The notes beneath the pieces are model-generated. The model worked only from the letters and a program-made list of their open reading frames with translations. It was not told the DNA's origin and searched no databases. A DNA stretch of 63,411 nucleotides, counting the filler, from Globobulimina sp. (lineage: Eukaryota): the NCBI GenBank assembly GCA_003354225.1. It is 17 parts of 17 records of this genome, joined end to end, with 100 filler letters (N's around TTAATTAATTAA, not from the genome) between each part and the next. Parts side by side here need not be neighbours in the genome. Positions count along the whole stretch, not along the records: positions 44,850 to 48,482 come from PIVH01002350.1; positions 48,583 to 52,215 come from PIVH01002351.1; positions 52,316 to 55,947 come from PIVH01002352.1; positions 56,048 to 59,679 come from PIVH01002353.1; 13 more parts are not named here. One strand, 5' to 3'. How positions within the stretch are numbered: the stretch's first letter is position 1; every line of letters starts with the position of its first letter. The translations under genes were made by a program, and so were the position numbers. This document shows, one piece after another, positions 47,335 to 57,691 of this stretch.

Positions 47335-48348
47335 TCAAACAGCTTTACAATCTCTTAATGAATGCTTCCCATCATCAAAAATACAGAGATGTTTTTTTCG
47401 ACAATTTTCACCATATCGACAATAACTATATGCATTAAAAAATGAGCAATATTTACTATTTAGGTCATATTGGATGTTTTTACCGCGCAACTTATTTCTG
47501 ATTAATTTTTCGGCTGCATAAATATTCAAATTTCGATCAACATTCGATTTCCAGTCATTTGTATTGGAAATAGATCTATTTTGAGGATTTTTATTAAATG
47601 ATTTATTATTATTTCTCCAATTTTGTTTGGGACCGTTATTAATTTGGTTCCAATTTTGATTATGATTATCTGATTTTAATTCTTTTAAAACAATCAAATC
47701 TGCCAAAGTCATCGACGAAGGTATTTTTTCTCTTTTTTTCAGCAATTCGTCAGGGTCAAAATTAATGAAAGTTGACGATAAAACAGATATTAATGATTTT
47801 GTTGTTTTTAATGCAGACTGCGACTGCATTAAATTTGAGATGAATGTGACATAAAATGAATGATCTCGTTTCAATGCTAATTTTAATCCGACATTAAACC
47901 AAATAAAAAATGCAACGGCAGTCACCGAATCATTACGAATTTGTACTGATATTATTTCATTTAATTTTTGTAAATCAAACATTTTATAGGCGCAGAATGT
48001 GCGAATTGTTCTAAGTAAACGTGCTTCATCATTATCTTTGGCAATTTTAATATTTAAATGGTCCGATAACTGTTTTATGAAAGCAATGATGAATTTAATT
48101 ATATTGAATGCATTCCATTTATTATTGAATAATGTTTTTATTTCAAATGTAGCCGATTTATGGTCAATATTTCTAATTTCAGGATTTAAATATTTCATTA
48201 ATTTGTAAGCTAAATCATAAAAATTAAATTCATCCGACGCAAATCCTGTGATCCATAAAACTAATTCGATTTTTATTGATGTTTTATCAGTTTTTAACAT
48301 TACCATTGATAATTTATTCGCATTTGCCGGCGAGAACATTTTTGCCAA
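47335..48348 (-). CDS. Gag-like protein with C-terminal zinc fingers
   Basis: Asn-rich region then C-x8-C-x5-C-x3-H-x-C-x2-D-x3-H-x4-C. Confidence 0.75.
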   Translation of the reverse strand: MAKMFSPANANKLSMVMLKTDKTSIKIELVLWITGFASDEFNFYDLAYKLMKYLNPEIRNIDHKSATFEIKTLFNNKWNAFNIIKFIIAFIKQLSDHLNIKIAKDNDEARLLRTIRTFCAYKMFDLQKLNEIISVQIRNDSVTAVAFFIWFNVGLKLALKRDHSFYVTFISNLMQSQSALKTTKSLISVLSSTFINFDPDELLKKREKIPSSMTLADLIVLKELKSDNHNQNWNQINNGPKQNWRNNNKSFNKNPQNRSISNTNDWKSNVDRNLNIYAAEKLIRNKLRGKNIQYDLNSKYCSFFNAYSYCRYGENCRKKHLCIFDDGKHSLRDCKAV

Positions 48349-48582
48349 CGTAGAAATATTAAAATTGGCTCCTGATAATATTTGAAATTAGTAAAATTGC
48401 AGAAATTCAAAAGGATTAAAATTGGTTGAAATAACCATAATATTTAAGACCCCACAAAGGAGAGCTAACATGAGCTCAAACANNNNNNNNNNNNNNNNNN
48501 NNNNNNNNNNNNNNNNNNNNNNNNNNTTAATTAATTAANNNNNNNNNNNNNNNNNNNNNNNNNNNNNNNNNNNNNNNNNNNN

Positions 48583-50097
48583 AAAGAGTTATTGCCCATG
48601 GTCAGCATACTTAGTTACAAAGTGAAGCACTCAAATGTTAGTAAAAATAGAAAATTTAAATGTTGATTGAAGAAATGAACTAAAAGCAAAAACCCTAATG
48701 CCACCGCAAATCCTTGCATAACTTCGCCAGCATTGGGCCCACAATAATGAAATCCCACAATTTTCTCATTTGCACTTTTATCACAAATGATTTTAAAAAA
48801 AATCGAGTTATTCATTTCTTTCCCATCCTTGTTTTTCCTTTTCACAGAATAATGTTCCAATGGATTGTTTTTCATATGATATACTTCCAAGTTTTCTTTA
48901 TCATAAACATCTTCCGCCTCTGCTTCGGAATAGCCACAACTCGCATACTCTCACGGTGTGAATATTGTGGTTGCCACAAAGTTATAATCCATCCAATTAT
49001 TTGCCTTTGCAAACAAGCGCTGTGACAATAACTTACCGGTTTGGATGGCCACCGGCGTCAATTCCGGTGTACCATACACAATGTCGCCAACTGCGAAAAT
49101 ATGCGCAACATTGGTCTGTTTTTTGCTGCATCTTATTTTACCGCTATCTGCATCTAATCGGACACCGGCGACATCTAAACATAAATCGCCAGTTTCTGGC
49201 GCTCGACCGGTGGCAAACAGCACCGTGTCATATATGTCTATGTTATTCTCATTAGACTTCTTTTCTTCTTCGCTGCCGTCTGCGTTGTGAGTTGGTTTGA
49301 ATGTCACTCTAATTTGGCCATCATCCAATTTCTCCAATTTAGTGGGACTCGCACCGTATTTAAATGTAATGCCAATGTCTTGCATATAATCCCCGACAAA
49401 TCGGACGCAATCTCGATCGAATCCGCGTAGTAATATTGACCGTACACAGACGGTGACATCATAACCCATTGCATGCAGAAAACCGGCTGTTTCCAATGAA
49501 ATATATGAAGCGCCAACACATAGGGTCTTACCCGGAGGCGTTTTCCACCAAAAAATATCATCGGAGGTTATTGCCAATTCTTTACCGATTATATTGGAGG
49601 GTATGCGCGGTCTGCCTCCCATTGCTAACACAATATATTTCGCGCTGATTTCTTCCGTTTTGTGCTGCTGTTGGTATTGAACAGTGTGTGGATCAACAAA
49701 TTTTGCAAAAGCTTCAATGTACTGAATTCCGTGTTGATTTAATGTAACTGTGTACGTGCAATGTAACTGTGATTTATATCCCTGGTTTAATGATTTTATG
49801 TAAGTGGTGACAGTGTGTGATAGTTTGTGCCACGAGAATTGAATGTGATGACTGCTGGATGCTACATTCCACCCTAATTGGTGTGCGTCATGAAAAGATT
49901 CGCCTAATAAAGCACAACAATGCATCATTTTTTTAGGTATACAGCCAACATTCACACAAGTTCCGCCTAAACCCCATTGAGTGCCATGTATGGTTGGTGT
50001 TACGTAATCAAATAATGCTACCTTGGCATTTAATAAAGCCGCCGGAACCTCCTCCGATTACAATCAAATCATAGTCGTAGTCGCTTTTCTGCGCCAT
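48583..50097 (-). pseudogene. TXNRD: High-Mr thioredoxin reductase with frameshifting deletion (~50040) and in-frame TGA (48951-48953); 3' end off contig
   Basis: YDLIVIGGGSGG, WGLGGTCVNVGCIPKK, PGKTLCVGASYISLE, PELTPVAI, TTIFTP*EY..CG.SE, GPNAGEVMQGFA. The lesions may be assembly errors. Confidence 0.75.
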
Positions 50098-50141
50098 GAC
50101 CTAAACTTTAATTTGATATTAAAGTAGATTATTTTTGCAGC

Positions 50142-50903
50142 ATGTCAAAAGCTGAACTCATTATACCGAAACCAAAAGTCATATTGTTGGATATTGAGGG
50201 AACGACGACCGCGATATCATTTGTAACAGAGACACTGTTTCCGTTTGCTAGGCAGAATTTGCGTCCATTTTTATTCAATAATTATAATAACATTCAAGTT
50301 GCCAAAAGAATCAAACACATAAAATTAACAGCGCAGAATAATAATATTCATATGTCAAAAGAAAGTGAGATTGATTTTGTATGTGGTGTTATTTACAAAT
50401 GGATGGATAAAAATGCAAAAATTAAAGAAATGAAATATTTACAAGGATTAATATGGAGGAAAGGATATGAAAATGGCAAATTAAAAGGTCATTTATATAA
50501 AGATGCATATGAATGTATAGTGAATAAATGGTCCAATCAGGATATTAAAATTTATATATATTCATCTGGCTCTGTTGGTGCACAGAAATTATTATTTGAA
50601 TATTCAGAATATGGCAATTTAAATCCATATATCTCCGGGAATTTTGATTTAACAAATATTGGTGATAAAAAAACAACTGCTTCCTATTTAAAAATACATC
50701 AAAAAATCCAAGCAGATTTGAAACAAAATATTGATGGTTCATCCATATTATTTTTATCTGATAATCCATTGGAATTAGAAGCATCGCAAAGATTTGGAAT
50801 GCGAGTCGTACAGTCAATACGCAAGGATGTAACACCTGACGCTAGATTTGATCAAATATGCAACTTTGATCAACTTTCTTGGAGCTCTCAATCTAAACTT
50901 TGA
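50142..50903 (+). CDS. ENOPH1: Enolase-phosphatase E1 (methionine salvage, HAD family)
   Basis: LLDIEGTTT.ISFV..TLFPFA, K.LQG.IW..GY..G.LKG, IYSSGSV.AQKLLF, LFLSD. Confidence 0.95.
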   Translation: MSKAELIIPKPKVILLDIEGTTTAISFVTETLFPFARQNLRPFLFNNYNNIQVAKRIKHIKLTAQNNNIHMSKESEIDFVCGVIYKWMDKNAKIKEMKYLQGLIWRKGYENGKLKGHLYKDAYECIVNKWSNQDIKIYIYSSGSVGAQKLLFEYSEYGNLNPYISGNFDLTNIGDKKTTASYLKIHQKIQADLKQNIDGSSILFLSDNPLELEASQRFGMRVVQSIRKDVTPDARFDQICNFDQLSWSSQSKL

Positions 50904-50942
50904 AGTCAATTGAAAGAATAAAAAACCTTCACTGAGCAAACA

Positions 50943-52065
50943 ATGGGCTGTTGTCAATGCTGCAGAAGCCTCGAAAGAGAGAGGAAAAAGGAACCGCCGT
51001 TATGTATCGAGTTGAACCATCACCAACACATTGTCCAATCGAGTAAACCTCTCAGTGTCATTCAAAAATTACATAAAGATTATTCCCATGACGACACAAA
51101 CACAAACAACAAAGACAATAAACCAAACGACTACAAACTAAACGATTTGCGATCGTTAGAAGGCGGTATGTTGCAATTCCTACATTCAACCAAACTGCCA
51201 ACAACACAAAATAATATATGCATAGTCGCACGATTGTGGTCCAAAAAACTTTCAGATGACAAACTTTCATTTTTACACAAATCGAAATCAATGCCCATCA
51301 ACGATAACATGTACACCTCAACAAACGAGTTGTCGCCCATATCCATCTCAACCTACTTCTTCCAGCACACTCCGCCAAATCAGTCAAATTTATTACGCTC
51401 ACATTCAGATCACATGGCGAGAGAAATTATTTTGTCACAACAGAAACAATATCACCAATTGTCCGAAACAGCGCAGATTGAAAAGCCACACAACGGCAAC
51501 AACGTTAACCAGCACTATAACAACAAGGCAGCGCACAAATTCTCGTCGTTATCCGCTTCCAATTTGAAAGCACAAAGCTTTATGAAGCATTTACCGCCAT
51601 TGATCTCTGACGATGAAGAAAACGAGGAATTCGAAATTGAAATGGAAATCGAGATTGAAAACTTGCCTGAAAACGAATTCGAATTCGAAACTGAGTTTGA
51701 ATCGGACATTTTTTCAGTTTTTTGCGAGACGGATATGAATTTGACGTTGGATGCTGGCGATTTTGTGCAACATTCTTCGCGATCGGGCAAATCTAAAAAT
51801 ATTGGCGTCGGCGCCTCGGGCATTGTGACCAAAGCTTTTCATTTCGCGTCGTGCCAAATGTTGGCGATAAAACATTGCCGCTCGGCCAAGAAAAGCAAAG
51901 TTTTGGCGTTTCGAAAGGAAGCAAATATTTACAAACAGTTTGTCGACAACAAATATATTGTGGACATCATTGGGATTGGCAGAGGCGAAAAAAACAACGA
52001 ATTCATTATGGGTTTGGAGTTTATGGACTTGAATTCTTGCCAATCGCTGCACATTGAGACTATTC
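50943..52065 (+). CDS. Protein kinase (MAP2K/STE7-like) N-lobe, truncated before HRD/DFG
   Basis: MGCC acylation-like start; IGVGASGIV, LAIK, E of helix C, LEFMD; homology stops abruptly. Confidence 0.7.
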
Positions 52066-52079
52066 AAGACGTGCGGTCC

Positions 52080-52215
52080 ATCCAAACGATCCAACGCAGA
52101 TAAATCGTTTCAATGCTTCTACCAAGAAACACAAAGTGGGCAATATGTCCCTCGAAACATATTCATTGACTTAGAACCAAATGTGATTGACGACATAAAA
52201 CAGAGCATTTACAAA
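52080..52215 (+). CDS. Divergent alpha-tubulin fragment (Retaria alpha2-like)
   Basis: DKSFQCFYQETQSGQYVPRNIFIDLEPNVIDDIK aligns to alpha-tubulin ~47-79 with F.CF and EPNV substitutions. Confidence 0.75.
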
Positions 52216-52686
52216 NNNNNNNNNNNNNNNNNNNNNNNNNNNNNNNNNNNNNNNNNNNNTTAATTAATTAANNNNNNNNNNNNNNNNNNNNNNNNNNNNN
52301 NNNNNNNNNNNNNNNCTACTTCGAGAAAATCCTCGTATTTTAAGTTTTATTTTGAAGATGTTGGTACGTTTACGAGCAGGTATGGCAACACTACAAGGCG
52401 ATGTATTTTACGATTTGAAGCATGAAATAGAAAAACAACAAGAACATAAAGATAATACACGGATATTTATGAAAAAAAAAATATGACTTTAACCTTGTTT
52501 TTGGTGGTGATCAACCTTTTTAATGATTTGTAATCGAAAGACGAGAACATGAGGACCAGTGACGGAGCTTTTTCTCCAATTAACAAATATTGACAAATCA
52601 TAAAAAAAACGTTGATCATTAGCAAAATCAAGATTAAATAGGAAAACTAATGAGAAACAGTAAAAACAGAAGATGCGATATAAAAA

Positions 52687-54530
52687 CTATAATTTTTGAA
52701 ATATTAATAATTGTGAGCCAGAAACCGCAGCAATAACATCTTTCTTTGGATGCCACGTCAAATGCAATGTTTTTTGATCAAAATTACCTTTCTGAAAATA
52801 CGACGATTGCAACCACGGCGGCTTAATGATATCCTCTTTCTCCTCCACTGGTTTTTCCTTCTCTTCCTCCCGTCGGCCATCCCTCACATCGCCAGATCGC
52901 ACATCGGATATTATATTATTATTACTCTCATTATTCGCAGTTTCCTTCGCTAATTTCTTTAATTTTTTTAACTTCTTCAGTTTTTTCTGATTTTTTTTCA
53001 ATTTATTTTGGAACGCCACCACATGGTTTGGATTCAAAATGCATTTTTGTATCTTTTGGGTCTGATAGTTGGTGATTACAAAGGAATTGTTATAAGTGCC
53101 CGTGGCGCAGCATTGCGATGACGGAGATGACACAATTTCAAATTTATCAAATAACAAATCCGATTCGTACAAATGTTTCATATCCGCCGCAAAGTACGGA
53201 TGAATGGGTATGATCCTAAACGGTTTCTCATTATTTCGAATATCCCACACATAAATGTTGAAATAATCGCGTACAATCATACTGTTTCCGTCCTTTGTAA
53301 ATGTAATCGCAGAGATATAGGACGCCAAATCGGTGAAGAAATCGCGTGCAATCAAAGGTTGACAGTATTGAAATATTTTATTGTCGTACGCGAAATTGAG
53401 ATTATTTTCGCGAATGTGACAATTTTGCCGCATATCACAAAAACATATCTGTGATTGCGAGGTGGTGTAAGCCATATAATTGCAATGCGATGGATGCAAT
53501 ATGGCGCTCGTAATGGTATTAGTCAAATTTTCCATGGATTCTGGCTTCAAATCGCATAAATTAAATGAAGTGGACGGACTATCAAAATGCCATAGATTTA
53601 TACGTAAATCATCGGCGGATATAAAGGTTTCGCAGTCGCAATTTACATCTAATGAATGGATATGATATTTGTGTCCATTTTGATAGACCCGGCGACTGAT
53701 CGCTGCAGTTATAATATCATCGCATTCTATGCGGGGCAAAGTTACATTGTCAAAGCTATTATTACTGTTTTTATTGTTGTTGAATTTCTTATGAAATGAC
53801 GAGCCGGCTTGGCGATACATTGACTTTTCAAATACTTTCCAGAGTTTTATAGTCTTATCTGTGTGTTATATGGTTATGTACAGGCATTATAATTGTGAAA
53901 GTCTCAAAGTAGCCATGATTATCATGCAAAGAATTAAGATTTTCTACTAAAAAAAACTTTGGACTTAATGATGCGAAAAACGTTTAAAAATAACATACCG
54001 TTGCATGCTAACAACGATAATGAGTTATTAGCACAGCGGCACCATGATATACAATTGATTTTTTCCTCGATTTCCAATGATTTTAAATAATCAAACTCTG
54101 GCTGATGTGATTGGAATTGACCATAAAAATCATAAACAAGTCCACGATTTAACAGTGAGGAAGAGAATGATTCTTCCGATTTGCGCGAGATTTCTTTGAT
54201 ATCATCATCTTCGTCTTCGTCATAGTCATCCTCGTTTTCATTGTTATTATATTTATAATCGTCATCGTATTGTTTAATAAAACTAGTGAATGGTTTTGGT
54301 TTACATTTATTGCGGCCATCATTGGTCGAATAAATCCAAATTCTGCCTCCACGGTCACCCACCGCTAAATGTTCGCCATCACGCGAATATTCAATGGAAG
54401 TGATTTGATCCATTTCTTGCGCATTTAGTGGCTCGTTGGTATAAAAGATTTGCGTGGCTTGGTACTCACAGTCGACCAATGAAACCTCATCATATTCAAA
54501 TAGTTTGCGTGTATCGTCTTGGATTTGCAT
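52687..54530 (-). CDS. PPP2R2: PP2A regulatory subunit B55/PR55 (intron 53859-53998)
   Basis: LAVGDRGGRI, FQSHQPEFDYLKSLEIEEKIN, spliced NDKTIKLWK, NGHKYHIHS...SADDLRINLW, LYESD.LFDKF, WHPK. Confidence 0.95.
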
Positions 54531-54647
54531 GTTTATCTGTAAAATTAATTAGTTCTCAACGTTCAAACGACGACATTGCATTAATAGAGTGACATGACAG
54601 TTTTTGACAGCACGCAACGGTTTTTGTCGATTTGATGATTGAACAGA

Positions 54648-55947
54648 ATGCCACCACCACCTCCACCGCCAAAGCGTTTAGCACCAGGGCCACCAAAAAC
54701 AAAAGTGCCACAACCTGCACCTCCACCGCCAACATATGGAAATAAAGGAATAAAATCTAAATCTAAACCACAATTTAACCGAAACTACACCAAAAAGAAA
54801 GCATTATTATCATTACATTCAAACGTTAAACCAATGAGAATAAAAAAAGCAACATCTGCGCCAACTGCATCAGAAACAAAACCTGTAAACATATATAAAT
54901 CCAAAAACGGTTATAACAAACCTACAAATTGTTACAAACCAAACACAAATCAAAAGAAATCCAAACCATCACCACCACCACCACCAAAAATAAAAAAGAA
55001 TAATAAAAACGGATTGTCAAATGATCGAAATGCAGACAAAGTTACAAATATCATCTATTACCAGCCACCAATTGCAAGTAAAAAAGCATTACAAAAGTCA
55101 AAATCAGTAAATGTAGATTGGAAACAACGGTTAAAACAACAACGGAATAAAATGAAAAACGGTTTGATCAAAAAAGAAGGCAAAAATGAGAACAAGTTTG
55201 CAGTAAAAAGGAAACCACAGAAATTAGAATTTAATTTATTTAAAAAAAGCAAATCTGCAGAAATTATAAACAATACACACACGTTCAGTATATCCATATT
55301 TATATATATTTGCCTGGTGTATATTTGCAAAAAAATACAGCAAAAAAATGGTGCCACCACCACCTCCACCGGATGCAGTGAAAAATTTGAAACGTACTGC
55401 AAAGCAAAAGGCAATGTTACCATCAGTACCTCCACCAAAACCAAAGGCAAATGCAAGAAAAGTAAATGACGGCGTTTCCAAGAAAGGTGTATTGGAAGTA
55501 ATGCCCAGCAAAGAGGCCAACGGATGGGTATATAATCGAGGTGCAATGTATCGGGTTAGCTATAAAGATATCGATGATATAAAAAAGAACAATATATTTG
55601 AAGGAGCGCCGGTTATCTTTGATAGTATGGATAAGAATGCAAAACATTTACGGTTATTAACACAGATTGATATCAATGTTGTGACTGATTGTCTGACCAA
55701 AAAAGGCAAAACAAAATATAACGCAAGATATTATATTTATGATACGGAGCTTGTATTTAATGGCAATTTGAGTAGCAATGCAGTTGAGATGGTTAACTGT
55801 AGAATATTGAGTGAAAAAATAATAAATGCATTTGTGAATACGAGTGGTGGGACATTGTATATTGGAATAGATAAATCCTGCAAAATTGTTGGTGTATTAG
55901 CAAAAAATATTGATTTAGATCGGATTAAACGGGCTGTAATGATGAAT
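54648..55947 (+). CDS. Pro/Lys-rich protein with C-terminal Schlafen/AlbA_2 domain, 3' partial (intron 55283-55340)
   Basis: GTTCAG...ATACAG splice joins ORFs; INAFVNTSGGTLYIGID...IVGV is the AlbA_2 signature. Confidence 0.75.
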
Positions 55948-56325
55948 NNNNNNNNNNNNNNNNNNNNNNNNNNNNNNNNNNNNNNNNNNNNTTAATTAAT
56001 TAANNNNNNNNNNNNNNNNNNNNNNNNNNNNNNNNNNNNNNNNNNNNACTCAATGCGATCTCTCTCAACGATGCTATTCAAAAGATAACGCCCCGGTTGT
56101 TGGAAACATAAGAGTAATATTCGGTATACAGGGGGGGGGTTATCTATCTGATTTAAATTATTTGTTTGACCGAAATGATGTTAAAACGCATCAAACAAAG
56201 AATATAAACGTGAAGAGTCTGAGTACAAATCCAATGGATTCAGTAATCAATGAATACGGGCAATGGATTGAGGTTACATTAAAAAATCGATACTCGTAAG
56301 CTCTATAATCGGTCATTATTATCAT

Positions 56326-56856
56326 GTGTTTCATATACAACGTAATATTGAAAAATTCGGCATTACGCATTTCTTGGATAATAATATTTTTGGTAAAGAA
56401 AATGTGGATGATTTATATTTGTATGCACCAATTATTGATCAGACATTAACTGAATTATTTGAACAAAGTATAATTGCGATTGGGTTGAGTGGTGCTTTTA
56501 GTATAAGAATAGCTGTCAAACAAACTGCCATTTGGTGGTTAGGTACAAAATATTTTGTATTTGATACAAAAAATATTGCAAAACCACTGTGGATTGCGAC
56601 TGCAATTACATTTGTTATAAGTTGTATATTGTTAGTTGTTCTGAACAGTCTTGTTATTGGTAAGCAGCGAAAACGAAAAGAATTAACAAAGCAATTCCAA
56701 TGGAGACTTGCGTTGGATTTAAAACAATCAAAAAGGATGCCATTTCGTAAGCATGAATTAAATCCGGATCCAGTAACTGAAGTTCCTAAAGAAGATGATA
56801 CAAAGCTTGAGTTTAGGGTTACATATGAATTCCCAAAAACATTCAAAACATTGTAA
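56326..56856 (+). CDS. Membrane protein C-terminal fragment
   Basis: ORF with TM LWIATAITFVISCILLVVL; upstream exon likely. Confidence 0.5.
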   Translation: MFHIQRNIEKFGITHFLDNNIFGKENVDDLYLYAPIIDQTLTELFEQSIIAIGLSGAFSIRIAVKQTAIWWLGTKYFVFDTKNIAKPLWIATAITFVISCILLVVLNSLVIGKQRKRKELTKQFQWRLALDLKQSKRMPFRKHELNPDPVTEVPKEDDTKLEFRVTYEFPKTFKTL

Positions 56857-57317
56857 TTGTATTTTATCTGTCACTGTCTAATATACGTACATTGTATAAG
56901 ATAATTATAAAACGGATCTTGCTCGATATTTGTGAATATTGTTTCTTTTTATTGTTTAACTAATAATAAATAGTTCAGAAGAAGATTTTAAATAAAAAAT
57001 GTTTTAAATACGCAATTACGCATCTAAAGTAATTGCAAGTGCGGTGCGAGGATATCAAGAAACAAAAATATAAAATAAAGTAATTGACAGTCGATATTTA
57101 TCAGAACAACACAACAAATCCGTAGCAATTCATTAAATTCAATGAAATACATTCAAAATACAGTTATTATCATGAAAAACCATTACAATTTGTCAAATCA
57201 TTACAATTTATCTGAGTTTTAATATTTGTTTATGTGCTGATAAATATCATGATCAATTTTCCAAATCGTTTTTATTTTATATTTTATTTTTTTCAGCATT
57301 AATTCCAATCCAATGAT

Positions 57318-57623
57318 TCAAATTATTTGCTCTTCATCCAAAATAAACGGGTTTTTAATCTCTTCAAATCCTTTGGAGGGACAGATACACATTACACTCG
57401 TTCCTCTGCAAACCACCAATCCCAAATCACGCGTTTTATTTGTCAATTTGTACGGGTCATTGGGATCCCGTATTATCTCTTTCACGGAATCCAACACCAA
57501 ATTCACTAACTGGTCATATCCTTTTAGTGTACCGATTACTTCTCTGCCTCCTTGGAATTTCACGCGAACCTGTTGGTCAACATGTTTCTTTAAATCCAAA
57601 ATAGATTGATTCTTCTTGTTCAT
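57318..57623 (-). CDS. LSM7: U6 snRNA-associated Sm-like protein LSm7
   Basis: SILDL.K..D..VRVKF.GGRE..G.LKGYDQLVNLVLD...R.LGLVVCRGTSV..I.P..G.EEI.NPF. Confidence 0.97.
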   Translation of the reverse strand: MNKKNQSILDLKKHVDQQVRVKFQGGREVIGTLKGYDQLVNLVLDSVKEIIRDPNDPYKLTNKTRDLGLVVCRGTSVMCICPSKGFEEIKNPFILDEEQII

Positions 57624-57691
57624 TTTAACTTAGTCAATTAATTAGGTTACTTGAAGTTTTTTTTATAAATCATTAAAACGTAAGCTTTATA

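Larger units (their letters stand above)
45189..48375 (-). mobile_element. DIRS-order (Ngaro-like) retrotransposon: gag plus RT-RNase H; tyrosine recombinase not on this contig
   Basis: Gag with CCCH plus knuckle C-terminus followed by DIRS-type RT/RH; no protease or DDE integrase motifs seen. Confidence 0.85.

Noticed and set aside
44545-48953. Stop-codon reassignment suggested by in-frame TAG (rhodanese) and TGA (thioredoxin reductase)
   Set aside because: The stops fall at Ser and Leu positions one base from sense codons, sit in genes with other lesions, and TGA/TAA terminate conserved genes normally elsewhere (IFT57, LSM7, tubulins).
48951-48953. Selenocysteine codon in thioredoxin reductase
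   Set aside because: The position is the Leu of TPLEY, not the C-terminal redox motif, which is off the contig.
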